From Candidatus Micrarchaeota archaeon (GTDB lineage: Archaea; Micrarchaeota; Micrarchaeia; Anstonellales; Bilamarchaeaceae), in assembly GCA_043821365.1 (NCBI GenBank), contig JBDRCX010000002.1, positions 32,001-96,000 on the forward strand: a stretch of DNA of 64,000 nt. Reading direction: 5' to 3'. Below, in pieces: positions 55,803 to 64,000 of this stretch. The notes beneath the pieces were generated by a model. The model ran no database searches. It was not told the DNA's origin and saw nothing but the letters and a program-made list of their open reading frames with translations. Position 1 is the first letter of the stretch; each line of letters begins with the position of its first letter. A program made the translations under genes and the position numbers.

Positions 55803-58800
55803 TTTTTTTCGTTTTTTTCTGGTTGTTTTTGAGGATTCGATTTTTGGTTTTTTCAATAGGAATACTGCGGCTCCTAGTGCCGCACCAACTACCCCAACCA
55901 CGGCAACGGCGCCAATTATAGTCAGACTAGCATCCAAGTCATTCTTTTCTATTGGTTCTTCTTTTTTACAGTCAATACAGCTTTCATTTTTCTTTATTGT
56001 GATATTTGTTGTTGTATTTGTTTCTGGCAGTTGCACCTCGATAGTCAAGCAACTGTTATTGCTACATATTTGATTGGTGCCACATTCATTGTCCCAACAA
56101 CAGTCATAATAATTCCATCTATGATTTGCTGCATATCCGCAGATGCCAGTTACTTCCTTACATTCACCACCAAGACATGCTTTGCTGTCTGAACATTCAG
56201 AATCAATTGTACATTCTGGTTTGGTTACATTTGTTTGGTGGATTATAGTTACATTTTTGTCAGTTGTGGCAGCTCCTCCACTACCTCCTCCGCCACCTCC
56301 TCCCCCCCCTCCACTACCTCCGGAGGTAATTATAAGATCCCATTCTTGGCTTAGGTCAGAATTACCAGCAAGATCTGTACAGATTACATACCAAGTGTGG
56401 TCACCTAATGATAATACAGATGAAGTTAACTGAGTGTTTGTATCGTTGTCAACAGTTGTATCTGTTGCTTCAAGGTCATCATCAACATATAAAGAACAAT
56501 TTGCTGTTGGTGATGTTGTATCAGTATACCTGAAAGTGAAGGTTGGTGTGGTGTCAGTTGTTGATGAACCATCGGATGGCGAGATTAATATTGTCGTTGG
56601 ATTATTTGTGTCCACAGTGAAATTCCTTACTTCACTATAACCAATATTGTATCCGTCACTGCAATTAACACTCCAGTTGTGCCTGCCATCATCCAAAAGA
56701 CCAATACTATGTGGTCCAGTAGTACTTCCGTTTGTTAAGACAAATATTCCTGACCCCACTTCGTCAACATATAATGAGCATGTCAATGAGAGTGCTTTGT
56801 CATCCGTAACATTCCATCGGAATGATACATTAGAATCGTTTGTATTGTAGTCTTCTATTGGTTGTATCAGACTAACATTAGGCTGCGTTAGGTCGACAAA
56901 TGTTATCCACATAGGACTACTCCATGCCATCTGTCCATTATTCTGTGTTGCCTGAATGAAGATATAATCCTCTTCTCCTGGCCTCAAAGTTTGTATGAAG
57001 CTTCCTGATGTATTTGCTGTATTGACAATGGTATGATTCACTATAACTCCGTTGTAGAATAAACTTACGTTGGCAATGAGCAAGCCATCACTTGCATTGA
57101 TTGTGTAATCAATTGTTATATTTGGAGATAATGATGCGAATATATCTCCCATTATGTAGACTGCCGAACCATTATCTGCAGTAACTTGCATGATTGTTTT
57201 ATTCTCTGCTGCCCATGTATGTCTCTTTAATACAGTTTCCAAAACTCCAAGGCGTGTCCAATTTGGTGGATTGGCAAGTCCAATGAAACAATCAGCTGAA
57301 AAAGGCGATGAATGATCATCGCTGCTACAACTAAATCCAAGATGATGTCCATTGTCCAGTGCATATTTAACCCAACCAGTACCTTCGGGGTGGCCTCCAC
57401 TTGGATCATGAGGGTTTGTATAGTTTGTACAACCCGAGCCATCAGAACAGTTCCAATAATAATTCCAATGCCATTCACCCTTATTTTGCATGTCAACTAA
57501 TGGTATCCAGCTATCATTAGTCTTTGTTGGGTCACTGAAATCAGTTTGGCTTCCTGCATTCCTTGCAGGATGGTTATGCTCACCAAAACCTTGATTATTA
57601 GAAAGCCACTCTGCAAGTTCTGCAACTGTATTAAAATCTGGATTTGCAGCACTCATCACAGTTGTGTTCGGGTTGGCAGTTATGTAATAAATATGATTAC
57701 TTGTAGAAGTCCATTCTGCTCCAAAAAAGTATGTAAAATTTCCATCAATGTTGTCTGCATTTGTTCTGCTAATAATATCAGTCCATTCTGTCTGATCCAA
57801 ACTTGTATCGTGATCATTCCAGCCAGCACAGTCATAATTCATTTTGAGTGTGCTTGTAAATTCGTCTTGTTCAAAATCTCCATCACTATATGTTGTGTGC
57901 ATGCTATGGAATCCACACCAAACCGGTGAGCTGTCCTGTATAATTATTGTTCTTGAAGACGAACTATTCGTGTTCCCTCTACTGTCATTTACATAAACAC
58001 TATAGTTTATCACGCCGTTTGATTGATCTGTCACATTAACATAACAATTTGTGTCTGTTCTTGTCATTGAAATATTAGTTATGCTTCCGTTATTCCATAC
58101 GACCCAACATGAGTCTGGATTTGGTTCTGTAAATGTTACGTTTATGTAAATCCAGCTTCTGTTTGTTATTGAAGTATTCTCAAGAGTAGGTGCTACAAAT
58201 TGAATGTTTGATGGTGGGTATACGTCTGGACAGTTTATTGGATAGTTTTCATATCTCATCACTCTGCCAGAATCTTCAGCTATGAATAATGTTGTTTCTG
58301 TGTTTGGACAAGCAGGTAAAAAGGTTATCCCCTCCTGGTTAAGGCCTGGTGCTGGGTACTCTGTAATGTATGTATTATTGCTTGTAATCTCTCTTATGAA
58401 ATTGTCAGTATCATATAACACATACAATGTTTCTGTTTCAGTGCTGAAGAACAAATCTGAGATGTCAGTTCTACCTGGTACTGGTATAAAAGAATCAATC
58501 AATGTTGCAGTACTCAAGCCAAAATCTACATCCACTACGTATATTACTCCGTTTTCTTGTACGCCAAAGTAGAATAATCCACCTGCCGAAGAGTTGGAGT
58601 ATGGGTGATCTCCATTTGGAACGTAAGCTATACCCTCAATTCCAGAATTTGGGTTGCCTGTTGCCGGAATAATTCCAGTTAGACTGATCTGTGCAGATAC
58701 CACTCCTTGTGATGCATTGAACCTAATTATTTCAAATGGATATTCTACAGCAACATAAACATAATCCAAATTTTGGTTTGCTACTGAAACTCCTTCGAAA

Positions 58801-61800
58801 TCCCCTCCAATATTCCAATTAACTACGTTTGCACCATCAATATCAATCTTGCTTATGTTGCCTCCATCACCAACTAAAAATAATGAATCAAAGTATGGAT
58901 GCCATACAATTCCACTTGGTTCATACCCATCCGGGAGGTTTTGTTGGATTTCAGTACCTGTCCCAGCCCAACTGCTTACAAGTATTATGGAGGTATTTAC
59001 AGGCTCTGCTTCGTTACCATTACCATCTTTACACTGATAATATACAGTTTTATTACCAAGTTCGCTTGTTAGGTTCCATGTTTTTGTTGTTGAATAATTT
59101 TCATAGTTTGTGTATTCGGTGCCGTTGTTTGAGTAATGGCATTGTAATGTTGTTGCATCACTAGCATGTAAGGTTAAGCTCACTGTTGCGTTACCTGTGT
59201 TGGCAGCACCGCTGTTTATTATAATCGAAAGATCTGTTGGTGGTTCCACATCCAACCATTCAATTATTTTCTTCATTAATATGTTTCTATCATTTGCAGA
59301 GTTTACTGTTTCAAAATTAAATGCCAAATAAACTAATTGGTAAGAATCATTGTATCTTAATCCTGCATATCCGTCCCCAGTGTATGTGAATATTTCAGTA
59401 GAACCATCTAGTGGCAAAATCTCATCCGGGAAGTCATTGTCATCTGCTCCATCTCCACCAGCTAATCCCAAGGCCATTCCATTGGTTATTGAATCGTCTA
59501 CTATACCCTGCACACTATTAATTCCAGAATCATCGTTAAGATAAAAAGCTTTCAAGTAGTCTCCATAAAATGCGGTGGCTCCTGCGTAATATCCAACTTC
59601 CTGTCCAGAAAGAAATAAGCTTTTGTTTTCATCAAGGTAATTTTGCAGAACTGCCGCTTCATCTGAGGTAATTGTTTCTGAATATTCCTGACCAGTAAAC
59701 CATACCACTATTTGGAATTCATCCACCATGTCGCTATTTGGTATACCCTGGGTGTCAGTGTTCCAGCTTTCATAATCATAATTATTTGCAGCTAGGGCGT
59801 TTTCAAAATATGTCTCATAGAGGTCCCCTCCATCGTCATCAATAAGCAATATTTTTTTATCAGTTACGGTTATTTCTGTGCTTTGTTGGTTATCATCTGT
59901 CTCCGTCTCACCAGTCACAGGGACAACATAAATTGTTAAGTTGTAATTACCAATATTTGTGCTATTACTCCAATTAAGTGAAACGACTGTTGATGTTAAT
60001 GTTTCAAGACCTGCAATAGTTGTGTTTGTATATTCAGTTCCGTTTTGAAGTAATTTTATTTCAATGTCACTCTCGTTATTTGTTCCAAAATTCCATATGG
60101 TGGCCGTCACTGATACTGTGCCTTCTTGTTGTATGATTGAGGGGACAGTTGTTATTTCAGTAACAATTAGGTTGTGTTCTTCACTACTGCCAGCAAGAAC
60201 TACTGAATATGATTCTATTGCATCGCCGTTTGAGCTGTTTTTTGCTATAGCAAGCACACCTTCATCATAATCTGCAGCATTACCAAAGATAATCGAGCCA
60301 TCAAAATTCCCATCCAAAATAATTTGTTCAATGGTATATTCACTGCCATTCTTTTTTATGAGGTAAATAGCATAATCGCTGCTGCCATCGAAGAGAATAA
60401 TGATATTCTGAAATGAGGCGTTTCTGACATTTATGAAATCAATACCCCACCTGTTTATTGTTCCTGCTACAGTTGCACTATCTCCACTCCATACTGGGTT
60501 TGTTTTTGTGACATTGTCATGGTATTGTCCCCAGCTTTGGTTGTTGCTTCCATCTGCTTCGCCCCATGTAAAATTCTTTGTATAAATAGCAATTGCAAGA
60601 TCAGCTATAACTTCACCGAAACTATCATGACCACCTGGAAGTGCCACTACTTGGTCTATAATATTCTCTAGTCCAGTGTCATAGGGTTCAGCATAATTTG
60701 TGAGGTTATATTCTATTCCTCTTATTGCTTCTATACCATTGTGCTGGTAAATAAAGCCCCATACAAGTGCATAACTATATGAGAATGCACCAAGTGCCCT
60801 ATCCGTATTTAGTAAATAAGAATTATGTTCATCTATTGTTGATGCTGTGAGAGCACCATTTACCCATGTGCTTGCATTTGGGTATGCAATACTCTCACTG
60901 TTTCTTGCCATACCTTCCACATTAGTATTCCTGCCTGCCCATCCGTTTGCTCCCCACTGTAAATTGTGGTAGAATTCATGCTCAATAATCACATTTTGCA
61001 TATCTCTTTCAGTTTCAAACTCCCAGCCATATCCAACTATTATTGATTCAAGATTAACTCTGGTACAAAACCTTCCATCATTTCCACTATGTGAGTGGGC
61101 ATTTGGAGGTAAGTCTCTCGGCGCATTCTGGTCAGGGTCAAACCATGCAGATTCAATATTATTGCCATTGGTGATAAAGACCTGGAATGTTTGGTCTGGA
61201 TCAGGACTTTCAAAACCCCAGTCCAGAACATCTATGTTGTATGCATTTGCGCAAGCATTTGAGCTATCATTTGCATATTCATCTGCTCTTGTTCTATCCC
61301 ATCCAAATGATGCGCTGAAATAATATGCCTTACATATGAAATTATCATCACTTGAATTTCTTTGTGCAATCTTTTCAATAATAAAATAACAGTCTGTTGT
61401 GCAGCCATTATTGATGGCTGTATTGTAGTATGATGCGTTGTTTGTCGGATCACTAAGCTGCACGGCACGGATATCCCCCACACCACTATGAGTATCTGTT
61501 TGTGGGGTGTACGTCCAGGTGTATTCCCCTGCCCCGTCTGTGGTTATGTTCGTTACATTGATTGTTTGTGCAATTGTTGAACCCATGCCTGATACTGGAT
61601 ATGAGAACAAAACCACGCTGATTTCTACTGTTGTGCTTGGATCAAAACCTACCAGATCGACTTGTACTGTTTCAACATTTATTTCTGTTTCTGTCCATAA
61701 AATATCAAGATAGCTATCATTTACTGTTATTGTTTGTGATGGGTAGAGTCCAGTAACTTCTTCTGGTTCGTCTTCAATTTCTTCTTCATATTCATCCCCG

Positions 61801-62372
61801 ATAAGAACTGATGCATGTTCCCAATCAAGTTCAGCATCACCAATTCCAATAGCAAGAACCTCCCATTTTATTTTTTCTATTTTACTTTTTTTAGTGGTTA
61901 GAGTCCATTTTATAAGTACGCCGTTTGTTTGGCTCCAGGTGTATGCAATTATTTTGTTGCCTTTTTTTGAAAGTGGTTCTATTTCATCTTTCCATTTTTT
62001 GTCAACTTTTCCGGGGATGTCCTTTATAGATTCAAGTAATTTTCTAACATGAAATCTCTCTGGGTTTGATGTTCCTATATAAACTAGGGCCATTTCGTCT
62101 GTATCATCAGTCGAAAATGCTTCTGATGCATAAAGATCGCCACTATGCTCTATCACAAAACTTTCTTTTGGTGGCATTGTTTCATAGCTGAGAATTTGAT
62201 ATATTTTCAAGTTTTCTATGTGTAATCCAGTTTCGTTCTTTTCAAGTTGTCTCACGTCTGCTTTGACCTTATGTGTTTGTTCAAATGTTTTTTTTATCCC
62301 TGGTGCTTTATCTATTGATGCGAACACCAAACTTGCTATTAAAATGAAGATCAAAATTGTTCGTATTCGCAT
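55797..62372 (-). CDS. 2191-aa multidomain cell-surface protein (HExxH protease-like, CARDB, beta-propeller, PHP-like phosphoesterase, Ig-like, TM anchor)
   Basis: Signal peptide; HEFYH at 60980-60966; HSMHTTYSDG at about 57908 with NDHD, HNHP, SSDDH; poly-Gly linker, Cys-rich domain, TM helix and Lys/Arg tail. Confidence 0.8.
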   Translation of the reverse strand: MRIRTILIFILIASLVFASIDKAPGIKKTFEQTHKVKADVRQLEKNETGLHIENLKIYQILSYETMPPKESFVIEHSGDLYASEAFSTDDTDEMALVYIGTSNPERFHVRKLLESIKDIPGKVDKKWKDEIEPLSKKGNKIIAYTWSQTNGVLIKWTLTTKKSKIEKIKWEVLAIGIGDAELDWEHASVLIGDEYEEEIEDEPEEVTGLYPSQTITVNDSYLDILWTETEINVETVQVDLVGFDPSTTVEISVVLFSYPVSGMGSTIAQTINVTNITTDGAGEYTWTYTPQTDTHSGVGDIRAVQLSDPTNNASYYNTAINNGCTTDCYFIIEKIAQRNSSDDNFICKAYYFSASFGWDRTRADEYANDSSNACANAYNIDVLDWGFESPDPDQTFQVFITNGNNIESAWFDPDQNAPRDLPPNAHSHSGNDGRFCTRVNLESIIVGYGWEFETERDMQNVIIEHEFYHNLQWGANGWAGRNTNVEGMARNSESIAYPNASTWVNGALTASTIDEHNSYLLNTDRALGAFSYSYALVWGFIYQHNGIEAIRGIEYNLTNYAEPYDTGLENIIDQVVALPGGHDSFGEVIADLAIAIYTKNFTWGEADGSNNQSWGQYHDNVTKTNPVWSGDSATVAGTINRWGIDFINVRNASFQNIIILFDGSSDYAIYLIKKNGSEYTIEQIILDGNFDGSIIFGNAADYDEGVLAIAKNSSNGDAIESYSVVLAGSSEEHNLIVTEITTVPSIIQQEGTVSVTATIWNFGTNNESDIEIKLLQNGTEYTNTTIAGLETLTSTVVSLNWSNSTNIGNYNLTIYVVPVTGETETDDNQQSTEITVTDKKILLIDDDGGDLYETYFENALAANNYDYESWNTDTQGIPNSDMVDEFQIVVWFTGQEYSETITSDEAAVLQNYLDENKSLFLSGQEVGYYAGATAFYGDYLKAFYLNDDSGINSVQGIVDDSITNGMALGLAGGDGADDNDFPDEILPLDGSTEIFTYTGDGYAGLRYNDSYQLVYLAFNFETVNSANDRNILMKKIIEWLDVEPPTDLSIIINSGAANTGNATVSLTLHASDATTLQCHYSNNGTEYTNYENYSTTKTWNLTSELGNKTVYYQCKDGNGNEAEPVNTSIILVSSWAGTGTEIQQNLPDGYEPSGIVWHPYFDSLFLVGDGGNISKIDIDGANVVNWNIGGDFEGVSVANQNLDYVYVAVEYPFEIIRFNASQGVVSAQISLTGIIPATGNPNSGIEGIAYVPNGDHPYSNSSAGGLFYFGVQENGVIYVVDVDFGLSTATLIDSFIPVPGRTDISDLFFSTETETLYVLYDTDNFIREITSNNTYITEYPAPGLNQEGITFLPACPNTETTLFIAEDSGRVMRYENYPINCPDVYPPSNIQFVAPTLENTSITNRSWIYINVTFTEPNPDSCWVVWNNGSITNISMTRTDTNCYVNVTDQSNGVINYSVYVNDSRGNTNSSSSRTIIIQDSSPVWCGFHSMHTTYSDGDFEQDEFTSTLKMNYDCAGWNDHDTSLDQTEWTDIISRTNADNIDGNFTYFFGAEWTSTSNHIYYITANPNTTVMSAANPDFNTVAELAEWLSNNQGFGEHNHPARNAGSQTDFSDPTKTNDSWIPLVDMQNKGEWHWNYYWNCSDGSGCTNYTNPHDPSGGHPEGTGWVKYALDNGHHLGFSCSSDDHSSPFSADCFIGLANPPNWTRLGVLETVLKRHTWAAENKTIMQVTADNGSAVYIMGDIFASLSPNITIDYTINASDGLLIANVSLFYNGVIVNHTIVNTANTSGSFIQTLRPGEEDYIFIQATQNNGQMAWSSPMWITFVDLTQPNVSLIQPIEDYNTNDSNVSFRWNVTDDKALSLTCSLYVDEVGSGIFVLTNGSTTGPHSIGLLDDGRHNWSVNCSDGYNIGYSEVRNFTVDTNNPTTILISPSDGSSTTDTTPTFTFRYTDTTSPTANCSLYVDDDLEATDTTVDNDTNTQLTSSVLSLGDHTWYVICTDLAGNSDLSQEWDLIITSGGSGGGGGGGGGGSGGAATTDKNVTIIHQTNVTKPECTIDSECSDSKACLGGECKEVTGICGYAANHRWNYYDCCWDNECGTNQICSNNSCLTIEVQLPETNTTTNITIKKNESCIDCKKEEPIEKNDLDASLTIIGAVAVVGVVGAALGAAVFLLKKPKIESSKTTRKKRKKS

Positions 62373-62408
62373 ACTCTCTACCCTGTTTGTTTAAATCCTT
62401 TTCTGAAA

Positions 62409-62678
62409 CTATCCAACCCTAATATCTGGTTCAACCTTTCTCCAATCCCCATTCATATATTGCCAAAGCTGTTTCAATACAGAATCATAAACCAGATTAT
62501 TTTTTGATGCACTTTCCTTTGGTCTGTCTATCTCAATTAAAATAAATCTGCGCATCCAATCTATTTCTTCCCCGAATGGATTTCTTTCAATAACGTATAT
62601 TCTATTCCTTTCTTTCTTTACTTTCTCACACCATTCTACAACTTTGTCTATCTCATCTTTACTAACCATATTTTTCAT
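62409..62678 (-). CDS. Hypothetical small protein
   Basis: 89-aa ORF with protein-like composition. Confidence 0.6.
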   Translation of the reverse strand: MKNMVSKDEIDKVVEWCEKVKKERNRIYVIERNPFGEEIDWMRRFILIEIDRPKESASKNNLVYDSVLKQLWQYMNGDWRKVEPDIRVG

Positions 62679-62720
62679 TCAATGTTAATCTTTAAATAAA
62701 GTGCCAGTAAACTACTAAAT

Positions 62721-63023
62721 ATGATAGAACTATTATCTGCAACAAGCTCTTCATCAGCAGGTGCATTAGCTGGTATGATGGGTCTGATGGCAGGATTTTG
62801 GGGAGTCATGGGACTAATTTATTGTTTGTTCTTAGTTTTTGCATTAATTTTCTTTATCTTTTGGGTTTGGATGCTTATAGACGCTTTATCAAGAAAAGAT
62901 TATGATACTGAGAATGAAAAACTACTTTGGTGTCTTGTTATTTTCTTTGGAGGGACACTTGGCGGAGTAATCTATTTCTTCCTCATTAAGCAGAAGAAAG
63001 ATCCAATTGTGCTAAAAAAATAA
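62721..63023 (+). CDS. Small membrane protein (PLDc_N-like)
   Basis: FWVWMLIDALSR...KLLWCLVIFFGGTLGGVIYF. Confidence 0.7.
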   Translation: MIELLSATSSSSAGALAGMMGLMAGFWGVMGLIYCLFLVFALIFFIFWVWMLIDALSRKDYDTENEKLLWCLVIFFGGTLGGVIYFFLIKQKKDPIVLKK

Positions 63024-63028
63024 TTTTT

Positions 63029-64000
63029 TTACCTTTTTACAATTTGTATTATATCTCCATCAGCCACTACATGTACTAATCCAACCCTCTGTGGCTGGTG
63101 CTTAACACTCTTCCCCCATATTAAAGCATACCTAAAATCTCTTCTAAGATCTCTGTGTAGTTTCTCACAAACCTTACCAACACTTATTCCCTTTCTTACA
63201 ACCAGAGGTTCTGTTAGGTCTGCATCTTCTCCTCTTTTTTTAGTGTAAATATTAATCAATTCAAGTTTCTCATAAATTGCTTTTTTCAATTCTTCAATTC
63301 CAATCCCTTTCTCAGCAGAAAGTGGTATATAAGGGTGGGGGAGCTTTGGTAGTTCTTTTACAAGGTCACATTTGCTTAATGCAATTATTGTTGGGATGTA
63401 TGCACGGTTTCCTTCCAAACCATCAATGAACTCGTCTATGCTTATGTCATTTCTTATGACAACATTGGCATTGAATATGCTATATCCACTCATTGCAGCA
63501 AGTATCTCTTTTTCAGTAATTTTTGTGAGTGGCACGGTGGAATTTATTGTTACCCCGCCACGGACTTGTTTTCCTATTGAAACATCTGGTTTTTTTCCAT
63601 TCGGCCGAATGCCAAAACCATAAAGTTCAGTTTCAATTATCTTAAGCTGTCTTGGGTTTGTTGCTTCAATCAAAATCAATATCAAATCTGAGCTTCTTGC
63701 AACTGCAATGACTTCTCTTCCTCTACCTTTGCCATCCTTTGCTCCTTCAATAATTCCTGGTAGGTCTAAAAGCTGAATTTTTGTTTGGTTGTATTCCATC
63801 ACTCCAGGTATGCATTTAAGTGTGGTAAAAGAGTATGCAGCTATTTTTGAATCTGCATTAGTGAGTTTGTTTAGTAAGGTTGATTTACCAACACTCGGAA
63901 GCCCTATTATGGCAACAGTTGCATCACCACTTTTCTTAATATCAAATCCTCCTGCACTTGCCCCATGTTTTCTTGGTGATATTACTTCTCTTCTTAATTG
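63029..64000 (-). CDS. DRG/RBG1-family GTP-binding protein with TGS domain, 5' end beyond window
   Basis: Frame is open to the window end: GDATVAIIGLPSVGKSTLL, YSFTT, DLPGIIEGA, WGKSVKH..QRVG. Confidence 0.92.
   Translation of the reverse strand, partial: QLRREVISPRKHGASAGGFDIKKSGDATVAIIGLPSVGKSTLLNKLTNADSKIAAYSFTTLKCIPGVMEYNQTKIQLLDLPGIIEGAKDGKGRGREVIAVARSSDLILILIEATNPRQLKIIETELYGFGIRPNGKKPDVSIGKQVRGGVTINSTVPLTKITEKEILAAMSGYSIFNANVVIRNDISIDEFIDGLEGNRAYIPTIIALSKCDLVKELPKLPHPYIPLSAEKGIGIEELKKAIYEKLELINIYTKKRGEDADLTEPLVVRKGISVGKVCEKLHRDLRRDFRYALIWGKSVKHQPQRVGLVHVVADGDIIQIVKR

Noticed and set aside
56302-56309. C8 homopolymer as a phase-variation switch releasing the surface protein anchor
   Set aside because: Lies in a poly-Gly linker, where G-runs are expected from GGN codons; no evidence of length variation available
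7-63623. Numerous 60-320 aa ORFs in the track overlapping real genes (e.g. 52312..53271, 37996..38514, 12217..12639)
   Set aside because: Antisense or alternate-frame shadows of well-supported genes, with Ser/Phe/Ile-rich composition typical of reverse frames in AT-rich DNA
1-64000. rRNA, tRNA, CRISPR array, transposase or integrase
   Set aside because: No cloverleaf, long GC-rich RNA gene, regularly spaced repeat array or mobile-element protein motif was recognised by eye; a tRNAscan/Infernal run would be needed to exclude split or intron-containing tRNAs

Overview
AT-rich archaeal chromosome segment. Gene content (RFC small subunit, archaeal IleRS/ValRS, class III signal-peptide pilins, SepF, ScpA, TrmB-like regulators, PEP-utiliser mobile-domain protein, DRG GTPase) points to a DPANN-type archaeon, most resembling Micrarchaeota (inference; not tested phylogenetically). 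The left 40 kb is housekeeping genes mixed with orphan and surface proteins. The right part holds a ~15 kb aromatic amino acid supercluster on the minus strand (trpE-G-D-C-B-A, then aroF-B-D-E/K-A-C-pheA-tyrA-aminotransferase), transcribed divergently from a TrpY-type regulator with TGTACA TRP boxes; trpF is absent from it. The main unannotated signal is a set of short leader ORFs missed by the ORF track. A 28-aa peptide with 9 W/F/Y residues in nested hairpins precedes the aro operon. A 17-aa single-Trp peptide with mutually exclusive pairings over the trpE start precedes the trp operon, whose six enzymes contain only one Trp in total. Pro-marked mini-ORFs precede proB. Together these suggest leader-peptide attenuation of amino acid biosynthesis in an archaeon. 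Other points: a highly structured 150-nt leader of the H+-PPase gene, a ubiquitin-like sulfur carrier that seems to start at ATA, two membrane-associated AAA ATPases, a CBS-HPF hibernation-factor-like protein, a novel 82-aa-repeat protein and a 2191-aa multi-enzyme surface protein. No rRNA, tRNA, CRISPR array or transposase was recognised.
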